A DNA stretch of 64,000 nucleotides from the human T2T-CHM13v2.0 reference genome, Homo sapiens. Positions 16,820 through 29,773 of the stretch are shown here, piece after piece. Position numbers and translations under genes: made by a program. The stretch's first letter is position 1; the number at the start of each line of letters is the position of its first letter. The DNA lies in the NCBI RefSeq assembly GCF_009914755.1, contig NC_060929.1; one strand, 5' to 3'. The notes below the pieces were generated by a model. That model saw only the letters and a list, made by a program, of their open reading frames with translations. It was not told the DNA's origin and ran no database searches.

Positions 16820-18420
16820 TATTATTTCCACAAATTCCTACTGAACCCCTACAATGTACCAATTATCATGCTAAGCACCAGGAAAACAGAAGAGAACAGG
16901 ACAGATACGGTCTCTGCTCTCACTAGAATTTACATTAGAGTGGAGAAGTTAGACAGTGAACAAGTAAACAAATATATATAAAGTTATTTAAAATTGTGAT
17001 TAGTGCTCTACCAAAATAAGCATAATGTTATAATCAATAAAAGAAGTGCACTGTGGCAGGTAGAATAATGTCCCCCTCAAAGATGCCTACATCCTAGTCC
17101 TGACGCCTGTGAATATATTACATAGCAAGGGGAAATTAACATTGTGACAATTTGTCACGGCAGCAAATAGAAAAATAACCCAGAGATTTTAGATGGGAGT
17201 CAAGGAAAGCTTCTTTAAAGAGACGTCATTAATCTGAGTTGACATATTAGAAGGAACATGTCATGCAAAGAGCTGGTGATAACCCACTCCAGGTAAAGAA
17301 AACAGCAAGCTCAAGGACCCCAAGACTGAAAAGAGATTGATTAATGTTCTAGGAACTGTTGGAAGGTCAGGGCAATTGAAGTGTGGTAATTGAGGGAGGA
17401 AGTGGTTAATAAGATTGGAAATTTAGATAGGATTTGTTTATGCAGGGCCTTGTAGGCCATATTAAGGAATCTAGATTTTACTCTCAATGCAATGGGAAGA
17501 CATTGAATTGTTTTAAGCATGGGTGCAACATAATCTGTCTTATGTCTTTTAAACAAACTATCACATGTACTCCATAAATACATACAATTTGCATCAGTAA
17601 AATTTTTTAGTATATTTTTATTGCAATATACCATACTTAATATGCACAAATCATAGTGTGCAGTTTAATAGATTTTTGCAGTGAATACACTCATGTCAAG
17701 AAATAGAATATTACCAAATCCTGAAGTCTCCCTCATTCCCCATTCCAGTCTTTATCTCCATCGAGGCAACCACTATCCTCACTTTAATCATCTTAGGGTA
17801 GTTTATACAATTATTGAGCTTTAAATTAATAGAATCATAGAAAAATTTGTTTCTGATTTTTTTCCTGCTAAACATTGCATTATGTCTGTGAGGCTGATAC
17901 ATATTGTTGCATGTAGTAGTTTTTAAAAAATTGTCATTGCTGTGTATGTTACTGTATATGGCAACAACAACATCTTTATCCATTTGGATTGCTTCCAGGT
18001 TTGAGCTATGATGAACATTCTTGTCTATGTCTTTTTGTACATACACGTAGGCATTTCTGTTGGATGTATACCTAAGAGTGCATATCTACGGGTATGTTTT
18101 ATTGAACTTTAGTAAATTGCTGCCAGCTTTTCAGAGTGATTGTAACAATTTACACTCCACCAGTACTGTGTGATAGTTGGAGTTGCTTCATCCTTTCCAA
18201 GGCTTGAAAATGTCAGCTTTTATTATTTATTTATTTAGCCATGCTCTTGGATGGATACAGGCTTTTAGTTGTGGCTTAAATTTCCATTTCTTTAACAGTT
18301 AAGGATGTTGTAAACCTTTTCATATGCTTATTGGCTATTTGGATATTCTCTTTCATTAAGTGCCTGCTCACTGACTTAGTACTTAGGTTTTAAAAAGATA
18401 ATTCTTGTTTCTATGGGGAG
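16820..18420 (-). mobile_element. Nested old repeats: L2 (-) interrupted by a short MLT1 LTR piece (~17052-17170) and an L1ME-like fragment (~17600-18370)
   Basis: L2 antisense CAGGGCCTTGTAGGCCAT...AATGGGAAG. MLT1 start TGTGGCAGGTAGAATAATG. L1 antisense TTTACACTCCACCAG...TTTTCATATGCTTATTGGC. Confidence 0.6.
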
Positions 18421-19651
18421 ATTATATTAGCCAATACTACTAGGCACTTGTTTGGATCTTGAAACAACATGAATAAATTTTGGGTGTATGCACTGGAAAT
18501 TTACAAGTGCTCTTTTACAGGGGAAATGCTACAGAAACACAGGTGTGCTGCAAAACACCATGACAGTGCAATTTATCTGTAAAATTGGCCATGAAACTGT
18601 GAGTCAAATCATGCATTCTGAAAAGTGTTGATCTATCTTAAGATATCTTACTGTTGTCCTCTCCAATACCAACTCCAAGGGAATATAATACTATCTTATG
18701 AATTGAATTTATTAATAAAATGGTGTCCTTTAAACACAAGCACTACAGAAATTTAATGACTGAAGGAGAGAAAATGCAATACTGCATAAAATTTAGTTTA
18801 GTGCCTCCAGAAAAAATTAATTTTACTAGTTTGAAACCGAGTTAGACGAATTCTGAGACATAAATATGTGAAGGAGAAAGGACATGCTGAATTAATGGGA
18901 GTTCTGGCTGCCTGCCAGGGGGATTCTACAAAGTCTTACAATACAAAGTAAATCATCCCTCTGGAGCAAGTGGTATGCCCCTCCAGAATGAGGAGGGCTC
19001 CGCCCAACAATAAATTAACTTTGTACAGCATGCTTTATTGCTCTGCAATGCATTCTGGCAGGCTTGCTTTCATTGTCTCTTCCCTTGGGCTGGCTTGCTT
19101 TGCTTGTCTTTTAAAGATGACTCAGCCAAACTTTTAGTCTTTGCCCTCATCTTCTCCCTTTCCCTACTCCTCATCCTCCAATTTTTCTTCCCAGAAAGGC
19201 AAAGCCAGAGCAGAGCCCCTCCCTTTTGGTTATTGTTCCAGCTCACTGAGTATTGGCCCTGAGACGTAAACGGTTTCTTTCCTCTTTTCCAACTTCATGG
19301 TTTACATTCATTTTATTAGGCTACCTCTGGCCCTCTCAGTTCTCTGAAGCTAGTGATCCTAAATATCTATGGCGTCTGGGCATGGGGGTGCTTTTCATCC
19401 CCGCTTCCTACTGCAACAACCCCTGCAATCCCCTCTGCAGCCCCAAGCAAGGAGATCCGTGTCGTCAGGAGTGCGGTGCAGCCACACATCCAAGGCTGAC
19501 AGGGCGGGCACTCTGCCAAGTCCTGCGCGCTGCTCGCCTTCCACAACACCTTCCTCAGCTTCGTCTGTATTTGAAGAGCTTAGTAAATTAATTTCCCAGG
19601 GGCAGAGAAGGGAGGAAGAGGGAGTGTCTGAGGGCTGAAAAATGCAGTCGA

Positions 19652-19670
19652 CTCGCCCTCTGCTGGTTAA
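19652..19670 (-). promoter_or_regulatory. CTCF site (HS5-1a-like)
   Basis: The + strand CTCGCCCTCTGCTGGTTAA reads TTAACCAGCAGAGGGCGAG on the - strand, a close match to core CCASYAGRKGGCR. Confidence 0.88.
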
Positions 19671-20549
19671 AGATCCGAATTTGTCGCCGCCAAAACAACG
19701 GGGAATGAGAAAGCAATCCATATGGTACGGAAAAATTACAACAAAAACTCGGCTTAATTTAACCCACCTGTGAACCTTAACTGCCTACTGTTCCTCTTTA
19801 GCGCTGCTTACTTCCCCAGCACTGAGATTTAATTAGATTGATTCTAAACGCTAGCCCCTGAACTCATTTTCATTTGCCCCTGGTTTCTGCCGTTCTAAAA
19901 CGCAAATAATCCCCACCCACAAGTTCTCTTCTTGTCTAATTAGTCGCTAAGCAACTGAAGATAACAACTAAACCATTACTTCTAGAACACACTCGTGTTT
20001 CACTCCAGTGTCTTTGCCTTAAATAGTAATTTCAAGCGAACAACAACAACAAAAAAATCAGCTGCTGTTTGTGTTTCCGAGATTAATTAATTGGAAATCG
20101 AGAAAAAGCAAATGTAGTCCGTCCCAGTGCTGGTGTCTTAGGAAAGCTGACAGGCAGCTTTGTGCAAGCCGAGGTATTGGCCGCCATAACGCACACTGAC
20201 TTTTGTACCGCCTTTGCTGTCTTACGCATTTTGTCGGAATAAACCAACACACGGAGGTTGGGTAATCTAGCCCCTTTACCCTGTACAGCAAGACAGCATT
20301 TACGAGTCACTGAGATTCTGGAGAGTAGAGAGAGAAAAACAACCACAGGATTTTGCAATATGGTGTATTATTTAATATCAGTCTGTTCCTCCTCCAGGCT
20401 AAAAATCCCAAAACAAGGGGTTCCTACCCCCCTCCACCTCTGGCATTGTAAATTAGCCAGTCACGCGACCCTTGGAACCAGTTGGGATTGGCCATTTCCT
20501 TTGTGTGGTGAAAATCTCTGCAGCGAGTCATGGGACCGAACTGGGCGGT

Positions 20550-20576
20550 GTCGCTGTCCGTGGCCATGGTGCTGAA
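20550..20576 (-). promoter_or_regulatory. REST/NRSF element (RE1/NRSE), non-canonical spacing
   Basis: The - strand reads TTCAGCACC-ATGGCCAC-GGACAGCGAC. Both RE1 half-sites are present, with an 8-nt spacer instead of 2 nt. Confidence 0.85.
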
Positions 20577-20659
20577 CTCTGGGCGTGGCCAGAGAGATTT
20601 CCTTTACATGACAGCTTCCGGTAGGGCGGGGTCGGGGTCGCGTTCCGAAAAGTGGATCC

Positions 20660-20680
20660 ACCTGCCACCTGGTGGCAGAT
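20660..20680 (-). promoter_or_regulatory. CTCF site with palindromic core (HS5-1b-like)
   Basis: CTGCCACC-T-GGTGGCAG (20662-20678). The - strand reads GCCACCAGGTGGCAG, the CTCF consensus. Confidence 0.9.
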
Positions 20681-23358
20681 GAGGAAAATGCTATTGATAA
20701 AGTGTAAAGGGTTCTTTGGATTAAGACTTAAAACTTAAAAGACACAAATTGAAGATTTGGGGCGTCAGGAAGTGGTTTTTTTGAGAGATCTGCCTATTTT
20801 TAAAGAGAAATGGAAAAATTTAGAATTTTCAGAGTGATCTCTCGCTTCTACTCAAAATAATTTACGAATATGTTTAAATTTCTCCAAGCATTTTTTCCAA
20901 CACATCTTGTAATCAAATAGGTATTTTTAAAGTATCTGTATATATAGGTATTTAGAAATATTTACTAAAACTTCCACAGGGTATATTTTACTGAAAGAAA
21001 TACTAAGGAAGCACTATGTTGTTAGCCAAAAATATTCCAGGAAGCTTAGCCGAGAGTGCTACTCTGATCTCAGTTTCTGGAAGATGAAAAGTGTGACTAT
21101 ATTTAGGAATTGGTAAGAGGTGGTGGGAATTCTAGGATGAAAACTCTTGTTTTTTATTTTTTCCAAGCCTAATACATAAACTATCAGAGTGCTAAAAATA
21201 CAGAAAATTTATGGTATGTTTATTACTTTTAGTCTGTGTATATTATTTACACTATTTTACACAGTGATGATTAAGTTACTGTGAATTACATACATCCAGC
21301 TTCAGAGGAGGAAACCTTAAGTTGCTTTGTAAGTACAGATCTTGATAAATAGCAAGAAAAAATAGGGGAAATACCTTGTTCAAGTGTTGTTTCAGAGTCT
21401 TACTGTATGTTCAGGTGTATGGGTTACAGTGTAAAATCAATTCTAGCAAGTTGAGAGTGAAATAAAATTCTTTCCCAAGCAAACAATCTTACCACTCTCA
21501 GAAAAAAGACCCATCCCAGGGCACATTTGGTTTTATAAGTCAACCAGCCCAGTTAGTATTTCCTTTTCTTATAGCTATTTTCTCATTTACTCTTCTATGG
21601 GTCTTAACATAGAATAAAAATATAATAGCATAGTTACTTAACATAAAAGTTACCATTTCTGTTTTAAGGTTTAAAACAAAATTTTGTTGAATAGATATTA
21701 ATTTCAATAAAAATGTAGGTACTGATTTTGGTGTTAACTGAATTTTCTATAAAAAGGAGAAATTGATAAGTGCTTATCAAGGGAAAGAATTATCACTCTA
21801 ATATAGTCTCTATTTGATTAAATTGAGACGTTTCCAAACACTTGTCAGATTTCCTGGAAAGACATCCATAGCCTGTTCTACCAATATGAAAAAAAGCATG
21901 AATAGTAAGAAGATGAAAGACATCTGTTTTAAACAAGAGTGTACTACAAATCCAGTCTATAAGTGGTATTGGTTTATATTATGGCTTCTTGTGTTACTGT
22001 GGGAGAAGGAAACTTTATACGCACATGCACAGGTTGAGCAATAAGAGGCATTCTCATTTAAAGCAACAGATGGGAGATCAAGAGCAGCTGCAATAAACTG
22101 AGCTGCCTAAAAAGGACTTCTATCCACCAAAGCATCCTGTTTCTGCTAATATGAATAAGAAACCTTAAAAGCATGAAAAGACACAATGGAAGAATAAAAT
22201 TTTAAAATAGTACTAAAGTTTACAACTGCAGGTGTGACCTCAATGTTTCAAAATACACCTACTCCTAAAAATAGACTTTTTTTTTCAGGCTTAAAAGGTA
22301 TATATGAATGAAAATTAGAGGTGACCCCAAATATTAACCTGCCTGTTAAAATTACTATTACAATAAATATTATCAATATTAAAATTTTAAAACTACCTGA
22401 ACTTTGGGTACAATAGTAGAAGCAACAAATCAGAAGAGATGCTCCAATATTTTAGTTAAGGTATTTTTTTTCTAAAAGAAGTTGAAAATAGTGAAAAAAT
22501 TATCATCAGAACAATTTCAGAAACATTTAAACCTATGACTTAAAGATGAATAAAAATAAACAATACATTTTACATTAATGTTAGAATCAATTTTGATCTA
22601 AACTAATTTTATAAGCAGAAAATGTAGAGTCTTAAAGGAAAGAACATTGGGTAAAAAGAATTTGTTATTCAATATGCGACTAAGTACATTTCTCTTGCCT
22701 CCCTGAGTGGATTTTCAAAAAAGTTAATTAGCACTTAGGTAATAGTGTAATAATTCCAAAATTCTTTAATGTATATCTTGAGATTTATTTTGATGGGTAA
22801 ATATATTGATGCTGTTGTGAACTAAGGCTTCTCACTTTGGGACAAGGAAAATACAAAATATGAAGTAGGGGAGGAAAATAAAGATATCTGTATTAATGTA
22901 TTGAAAGTGTAAGTCTCATGATCCCATATAGATATACGTATGCACATACACTTATACTATATATATATATACAAATATGTATTTATTCAAGGCAAGGATC
23001 ATTCATGGATGTTGGAAATCAATGGTTAATAAAATTGTTTTGGGAATAGCATATCCTCGTAGTTTCAAATCTCTCCACAGATCACTAATTAATTATAAAA
23101 AGAATTAAAAGGTACCTATCCAACTGAAAAATTTGATGGACACCATTTTATAACCAAATTGCCAAACTTAATATCACCAGTGATGGAATAAAATGACATC
23201 ATATGCCCTCTGATGTGATACATTGAGAAGAACACAATATCACTTATGTGGTATTTTTGCAAAAATATTTAACCTCAATCTAACCAAGGGTAAACACAAC
23301 AAAAAATTCCAAATTGAGGGATATACTGTAAAACAACTCTTTAAAAACATCAGTGTCG

Positions 23359-24125
23359 ATCATTAGAGAAATGCAAATTAAAACCACAATGAGATACCCT
23401 CTCAAACCAGTCAGAATGGCTATTATTAAAAAGTAAAAAAATAACAGATGCTGATGAAGTGTCAGAGAAAAGGGAGCACTTATACACTGTTGGTAGGAGT
23501 GTAAATTAGTTCAACCATTGTGGAAAGCAATGTGGTGATTCCTCAAAGAGCTAAAATCAGAACTACCATTTGACCCAGCAATCCCATTAGTGGCTATATA
23601 CCCAAAGAAATATACATCATTTTACCATACAGACACATGCACACAAATGTTCATTGCAGCACTATTCACAATAGCAAAGGCATGGAATCAACCTAAATGC
23701 CCATCAATAACAGATTGAATAAAGAAAATGTGGTACATATACACCATGGACTACTATGCAGCTATAAAGAAGAACCAGATCATGTCTTTTATGGCAACAT
23801 GGATGGAGCTGGATGCTATTATCTCTAGCAAACTAATGTAGGAACAGAAAACCAAATACTGCATGTTCTCATGTATAAGTGGGAGCTAAATGATGAGAAC
23901 TCATGGACCTAAAGAGGGAGAATAGAGACTGGAGCCTACTTGAGGGTAGAGGGTGGGAAGAGAGAGAGGATGAGAGAAAATAACTATTGGGTACCAGGCT
24001 TAGTACCTGAATGATGAAATAATCTGTACAACAAACCCCTATGACATGAGTTTACCCGTATAATAAAACGGCACATGTACCCCTGAACCTACAATAAAAG
24101 TTTTTTTAATAAATAACTAACTAAA
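23359..24125 (+). mobile_element. L1PB/old L1PA 3' end inserted in an older L1MC-like element (~22800-24480)
   Basis: ATCATTAGAGAAATGCAAATTAAAACCACAATGAGATAC...CACATGTACCCCTGAACCTA. Degenerate TSD TAAAAACATCAGTGTC / TAAAAACAGCGGTGTC. Confidence 0.85.
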
Positions 24126-24499
24126 TAAAAACAGCGGTGTCATGAAAAAGAAGTTAGTGTCATTAAAAAACAGCATCATAAAAATGTTTTCCCTGTTTCA
24201 GTTTAAAGTAAACTAGAGAAACATAACAACTAAAATCAATGTGCAATCCTTGATTGTATCCTACATTAAAAAAAAAAAACCAGCACAAAGAACATACTTG
24301 GAACAACTGGGGAAATTAGAATATGAAGTATGTATTAGATAATAGCACTGTATTCATGTTAAACTTCCTGAGTGTGATAATTTGTATTGAGGTTATGAAG
24401 GATACTGTCCCTGTTTGTAAGAGGTACCTGTTGAGATATTTAGGAATGATATCATAATGTCTACAGCTAACTATGCCAAAATAAAATGTTTACATATTA

Positions 24500-25390
24500 C
24501 ATAGGTTAGCTATTGTCATAGAATGTAGTGCAACAAAATACTTCAAAAATTAGTAGCTCAAAGCAACATTGATTCCCATTGATGCATCTTGGGGTCAGAA
24601 GATTTAGGCTGAGATCAGCCATGCTCCGCTTCAATATGTAGGTTGTGTCCAGTGCTGTTCCACGTGTCTTTCATCACTCTTTTATCAATAGACTATCCAG
24701 AGAATGTTCTTATGAAAGTAGCAGAAGAGCAAAAGGACAAGCCCAATTATGCAAGCACAACTTGCTTCACTCTGTGTATTAGTTTCCTTAGGGCTTCCAC
24801 AAGAAATGACTACAAATTGAGCAGCTTAAAACAGTGGAATTTTATTCTCCTGCAGTTGTGGAGGCTAGACGTCCAAAATCAAGAAGTCAGCAGGGTTCCA
24901 CTCCCCCTGAAGGCATAGAGGAAGATCCTTCCTTGACTCTACCAAGTTTCTGGTGGTTGTGGACAATCCTTGTAGCAGCATCAGTCCAACCTCTGTCTCT
25001 GTCATCATGTTGCCTTCTTCCCTATGTGTGTCCATGAGTCTCCAAAATCTCTCTCCTTATAAGGACATCAGTCACTGGATTTGGGGCCCACCCTAATCAA
25101 GTTTGACTTCATTTTAATTTGATTACATTTGCTAAGACTCTGTTTCCAAATAAGGTCACATTCACAAGGACCAGTGGTTAGGATTTCAACATATCTTTCT
25201 GGGGGACAAATTCAACCCACAACACTCTTAACGTCCCATTGAGGGCCAAAATAACTCATATGGCCAACTCCAAAGTCAAGAGGTAGGGAAGTATAGTGAA
25301 CCCAATGTAAAGTCAAAGCATATCATGCAGCTAAACTCAGCACCATTGGAGTGAAGAGGTATACATCTCCCATAAAAACTGTGGAAGAGA
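24500..25390. mobile_element. MaLR LTRs: MLT1B/C-like (24775-25224) nested in an older MLT1
   Basis: TGTATTAGTTTCCT...CAAATAAGGTCACATTC...AATTCAACCCACAACA termini. Confidence 0.75.
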
Positions 25391-25529
25391 TAACTATTTT
25401 TGAATAATGTATGTGCATATATAATGTATTACATAATATAGTAATAGATAAATATGAAAAAGAAAGTGTACAAATGTAGCAAAATTGATAAATCTAGGTG
25501 AAAGTAATATGGTCATTTATTATTATATT

Positions 25530-25935
25530 CAATGAAAACAAATCTGGATTTAGGTAAGGAGCAGCTTTATTCAAAAAAGACTATTACAGACCCTCTGACC
25601 ATGGAAATCTTCAAATGTCTAAAAATCAAATTTTAAAAAAAGAGTTTAAAAAAGAAGACGTAAACAGGGCTAGCAGGAACTTTGTGTGGGAGCAGGGCAA
25701 AGGGGGTAGGATGAGCAGATGGCATGATCAGGGCACTTTAACTGGAGATATGATTTTCCCTCCTGTGGTTGGCCAGTTCTCAGAATAAACTGTTAAGTGG
25801 GAGATGTTCTGCTTTTTAGAGCTTGCTCAAGTTTTGGGGCCAGCTAAAGTTCAGGGACCTGTGGGGAGAAGAGAAGCCTTATTAAAGTTTAGTTAAGGTA
25901 AGCCAATGGGTAAGTCATAAGTGATTACAAACACT
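25530..25935 (-). mobile_element. ERV1-type solo LTR-like element (MER31/MER67-group, tentative)
   Basis: The - strand reads CTAAACTTTAATAAGGCTTCTC...CCCTGAACTTT with AATAAA near its 3' end. Family assigned from memory. Confidence 0.45.
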
Positions 25936-26323
25936 CTTGTAACTCTTCCAAAACTCTGAAATATTTTGAAATAAGATTTTTGAAGTTTAAAAGTTAGTAC
26001 TAAGATACAGTTTTGAAATGAATTTTTGTTCTCCCAAAACTTCATGATATCCTACTAACTGTGGGTTGTCCCTCTTCCCAACATGTAGGTTTTGATCCTG
26101 ACTTTACAAGCTACGACGCTGTAGATTTAGTCTGTGGGTTCCCAATTTTACCTTCACCAGAAAGTATACAGGCTTAAAAAAAAAAAAAAAACTGCCACCA
26201 TGTTTAAAGGTCCTAACATTTTCCAAGGAAAAAGAAAATATTTTGGATTTTAATTCCATCTAGCAGATATTAATAAATCGCCTGGGGCTAACCAAACAGA
26301 TTAAGATTCAGAGGAACTGAATT

Positions 26324-27073
26324 GAAAAGCAGCATTTCTGTGCCTGGCTTATTTCACTTAACATAACGTCCTTCATGTTCATCCATGTTGTGACAAATTG
26401 CAGGATTTCCTTCTTTGTGAAGGCTGAAGAATATTCCATTATGTACATATACTACATTTTCTTTATTCATTTACCCACCGATGGGCACTTAGGCTGATTC
26501 CATATCTCAGCTATTGTGAGTAATATTGCAATGAACATGGGAGTGCTGATATCTCTTCAACATACTGATTTCATTTCCTTTGAAAATATCCCCAGTAGTG
26601 GGATTGCTGGATTCTATGGTAGATCTATTTTTAATTTTTTGAGGACCTTCTATACTGTTTTTCATAATGGTGTGACCTCATTTATACGTGGAATCTTAAA
26701 AAGTTGACCTCATAGAACTAGAGAGTAGAATGGTGGTTGCCAGGGGCTGGGATGAGGAAGGAGAGGTTGGAGAGCCAAAAGGATACAAAATTTCAGTTAG
26801 GAGAAATAAGTTCAAAAGATCTATTATTCAACATGGTGGCTATAGTTAATAACAATGTACCATATTCTTGAAAAATGCCCAAGACATGGATGGTAAATAT
26901 TCTCACCACAAAAATAATAACTACGTGAGGTAATATATATGTTAATTAGCTGAATTTAGTCATTCTACAATATAAATATGCTACAAAATACTATGTTGTC
27001 TATGATTAATTTTATCTGTCAGTTAAAAATAAACTAACAAAAAAAAAGAAAATAAAAAAAGAAAAGCAGCATT
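26324..27073. mobile_element. L1MA-like insertion with 5' inversion and 13-bp TSD
   Basis: TSD GAAAAGCAGCATT at 26324-26336 and 27061-27073. Antisense L1 ~26337-26672, sense 3'UTR ~26673-27060 with A tail. Confidence 0.88.
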
Positions 27074-27097
27074 GCTTAAACTTCACCTCATAAGAAT

Positions 27098-27382
27098 TTT
27101 TTTTGTTTTGAGACAGATACTGACTCTGTCACCCAGGCTGGAGTGCAGTGGTACAGTCATAGCTCACTGTAACCTCAAGTTCCTGACCTCAAGCAATGCT
27201 CTCCCCTCAAGTAACTGGGACTACAGGCTTTGTCACCATGCCTTATTTATGTATGTATGTATGTAGAGACAAGGGTCTTGCTATGTTACCCAGGCTGGTC
27301 TCAAACTCCTGGCCTCAAGTGATCTTCCTGCCTCAGCCTCCTAAAGTACTAGGATCACAAGCATGAGCCACCACACCCAGCC
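27098..27382 (-). mobile_element. AluJ-like
   Basis: Reverse, diverged Alu with (TATG)n linker. Confidence 0.85.
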
Positions 27383-27938
27383 AAGAATGTATTTGTTAAC
27401 TTACAATTTTTTTGATGAATTATTTTGAAATTGATTGTATTAAGACTTCCTAGGATGTCAGAAGCTTCTGCATAATTTGTGAATCACTAAATAAATATTT
27501 CCTTTTAAAAAAAACCTCCCCAATAGCCTTTTTGATGATGCTAAATAACATTAGTGGGTAGTATACTCCATTTTTTTTTTCTATCGAAATTGCTCAAGGC
27601 TATTCTCTGTTTATGTATATTGACTAAGCATAAACATCTTTTTTAATATATTCAGGACTCATAGAACATAAAGAAGTAATAGAAATTAATAGAAAAAAAG
27701 GTAAACAATGCAATGTTAAAAAAAGGCAAGAGAACTGAACAAAAACTTCCCAAAAAATGATATTCCAATGACTACAAATATATTAAATAGTGTCTACTTC
27801 ATCAATAATTAATGAGAAATGCAAATTAATCAGTGAAATGTAAACACAGTCACTCACCAGAATGGTCAAAATTTTAAAAGACTAGTAATTCTAAGTGTTG
27901 GAAATAATTTGAGCAACTAGAAGTTGCACTGCTGATGA

Positions 27939-28249
<311 letters not shown>

Positions 28250-28445
28250 AGTACAACTTCTTAGAAAGCAGTTTGGTGACATCACGTAAAGCTGAAAAGA
28301 ACATATCCTATGATATCAATGCTACTTCTATGTATATATTCCCCCCCAAAATATGTGTATACATGTGCACAAAGTGACACGTACAATGATATGCTATGAG
28401 CAGCAGAATAATAAAATAGGTAAATGCATTTTGCTGCATTCATAC

Positions 28446-29004
28446 TGAAAAAGACAAAAGCAGTCCACGAGAGCTAGGAGCTGGCCTGACACTCACAGCT
28501 AGGACATAGTGATCTTCTGTTGAACAAAAAATGATTTCATAGGACACCAGTATCAGACAAGGCCATACCATGACTATGATGGAGCAAGAGGAAAATGAGA
28601 GCACACCATAAGTGTGTCTAAATACAGACAAAAAAGAGTATTGTCCAATCCACAAAAATGCCCAAACATCTTTCTGTCCTGGCTAGTATTAGTCACTTCA
28701 GCTTACTTACCAATCACAGAGTTAGCCTCACCCCTTTCCTCTCACCTTCTACATAAGAATTATCAATATACTCATCATAGAGTTAACTCCACTTATGATG
28801 ACATCCAATCCAGAGCACTCTGCTTCAAACCTCCCCCAAATCATCTAACACAAGACCAAATATATGTTCTTTCTAACACCGTTTCACTGAGATGCTCCAT
28901 GACTCTCTATGGTGTACAGCTTCCCTTGTTATAATAAGTCAGTAAATATAACTTTGTTCAACTACAGGTGTGTGTCTGATGGTCTCTAGCTAAAGGACAT
29001 TGAC
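28446..29004 (+). mobile_element. ERV solo LTR-like element
   Basis: TG...CA termini (TGAAAAAGAC...GGACATTGACA) interrupting an L1 3' remnant. Family not determined. Confidence 0.5.
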
Positions 29005-29773
29005 AATATATTGGTATTTTATACGGTAATGGAAATAAATGAACTAGAGCTAAAGATAACACCAATCTTACATTGAGCTAAAAAATGAGGGAAAGAAACA
29101 AAATTCAAAGGATTACCTACTGTACACTTTACTTGATACATAGTTTTGTTTTATTTCTACTCATACTCAAGTAAGATATATAGTTTTCAAAAGAGGCAAA
29201 ACTAAACTGTTTAAGGATGCACACTTAAGCCAGGTGTTAAAATAACTGACAGAGATTGAGAGATTCATTAATTCCCTCATGTCAGGATGTAATTAATGTT
29301 CTGTACACTTTCTACTTTCATTCTTTTTTTCCTATTGGAAAATATAGTTAGATTTCCGTTAAGTGGCCATAATTTTATAGCACCTGGGACATAAAGTATT
29401 GAGCACAAATGAGAAATCAAATGTTTTAGGTAATGAGCATGAGACAGCATCAGAAGACAAGTTCTAGTTCTTACACTGCCATGAGTAGCTGTATGAATTG
29501 GGCAAGTGACTTCATCACTTCGGGCCTTAGTTTCTTCATCTGTTTTTTTTTTTTTTTAAAGTGGAGAGTGGGTGAGAAGGAGACTGGATCTCATCTTTCT
29601 GAAATGTCTTATTAAACATTCTATTATCCTATGATCATAAAGGAAACTCAACAAATATCTCCTATATTTCTATTAGGTCATTTTCAATATGTGTAAGCAA
29701 TCTTATTTTATTTGCTTTAAAATCCAAAACCAAATATTTATCTTCATTTGATTTATTCATTATATTATCTGGG

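Larger units (their letters stand above)
18500..20750. promoter_or_regulatory. Enhancer/boundary block, consistent with PCDHA HS5-1
   Basis: Repeat-free, locally CpG-enriched sequence ~10-12 kb upstream of PCDHB1. Contains two reverse CTCF motifs, an NRSE, GC boxes, ETS and CCAAT motifs. This architecture and position match the published HS5-1 (recalled). Outer boundaries are approximate. Confidence 0.85.

Noticed and set aside
19038-20661. Cluster of overlapping ORFs on both strands
   Set aside because: Expected from higher GC content in the enhancer. No recognisable domains, and mostly non-ATG starts.
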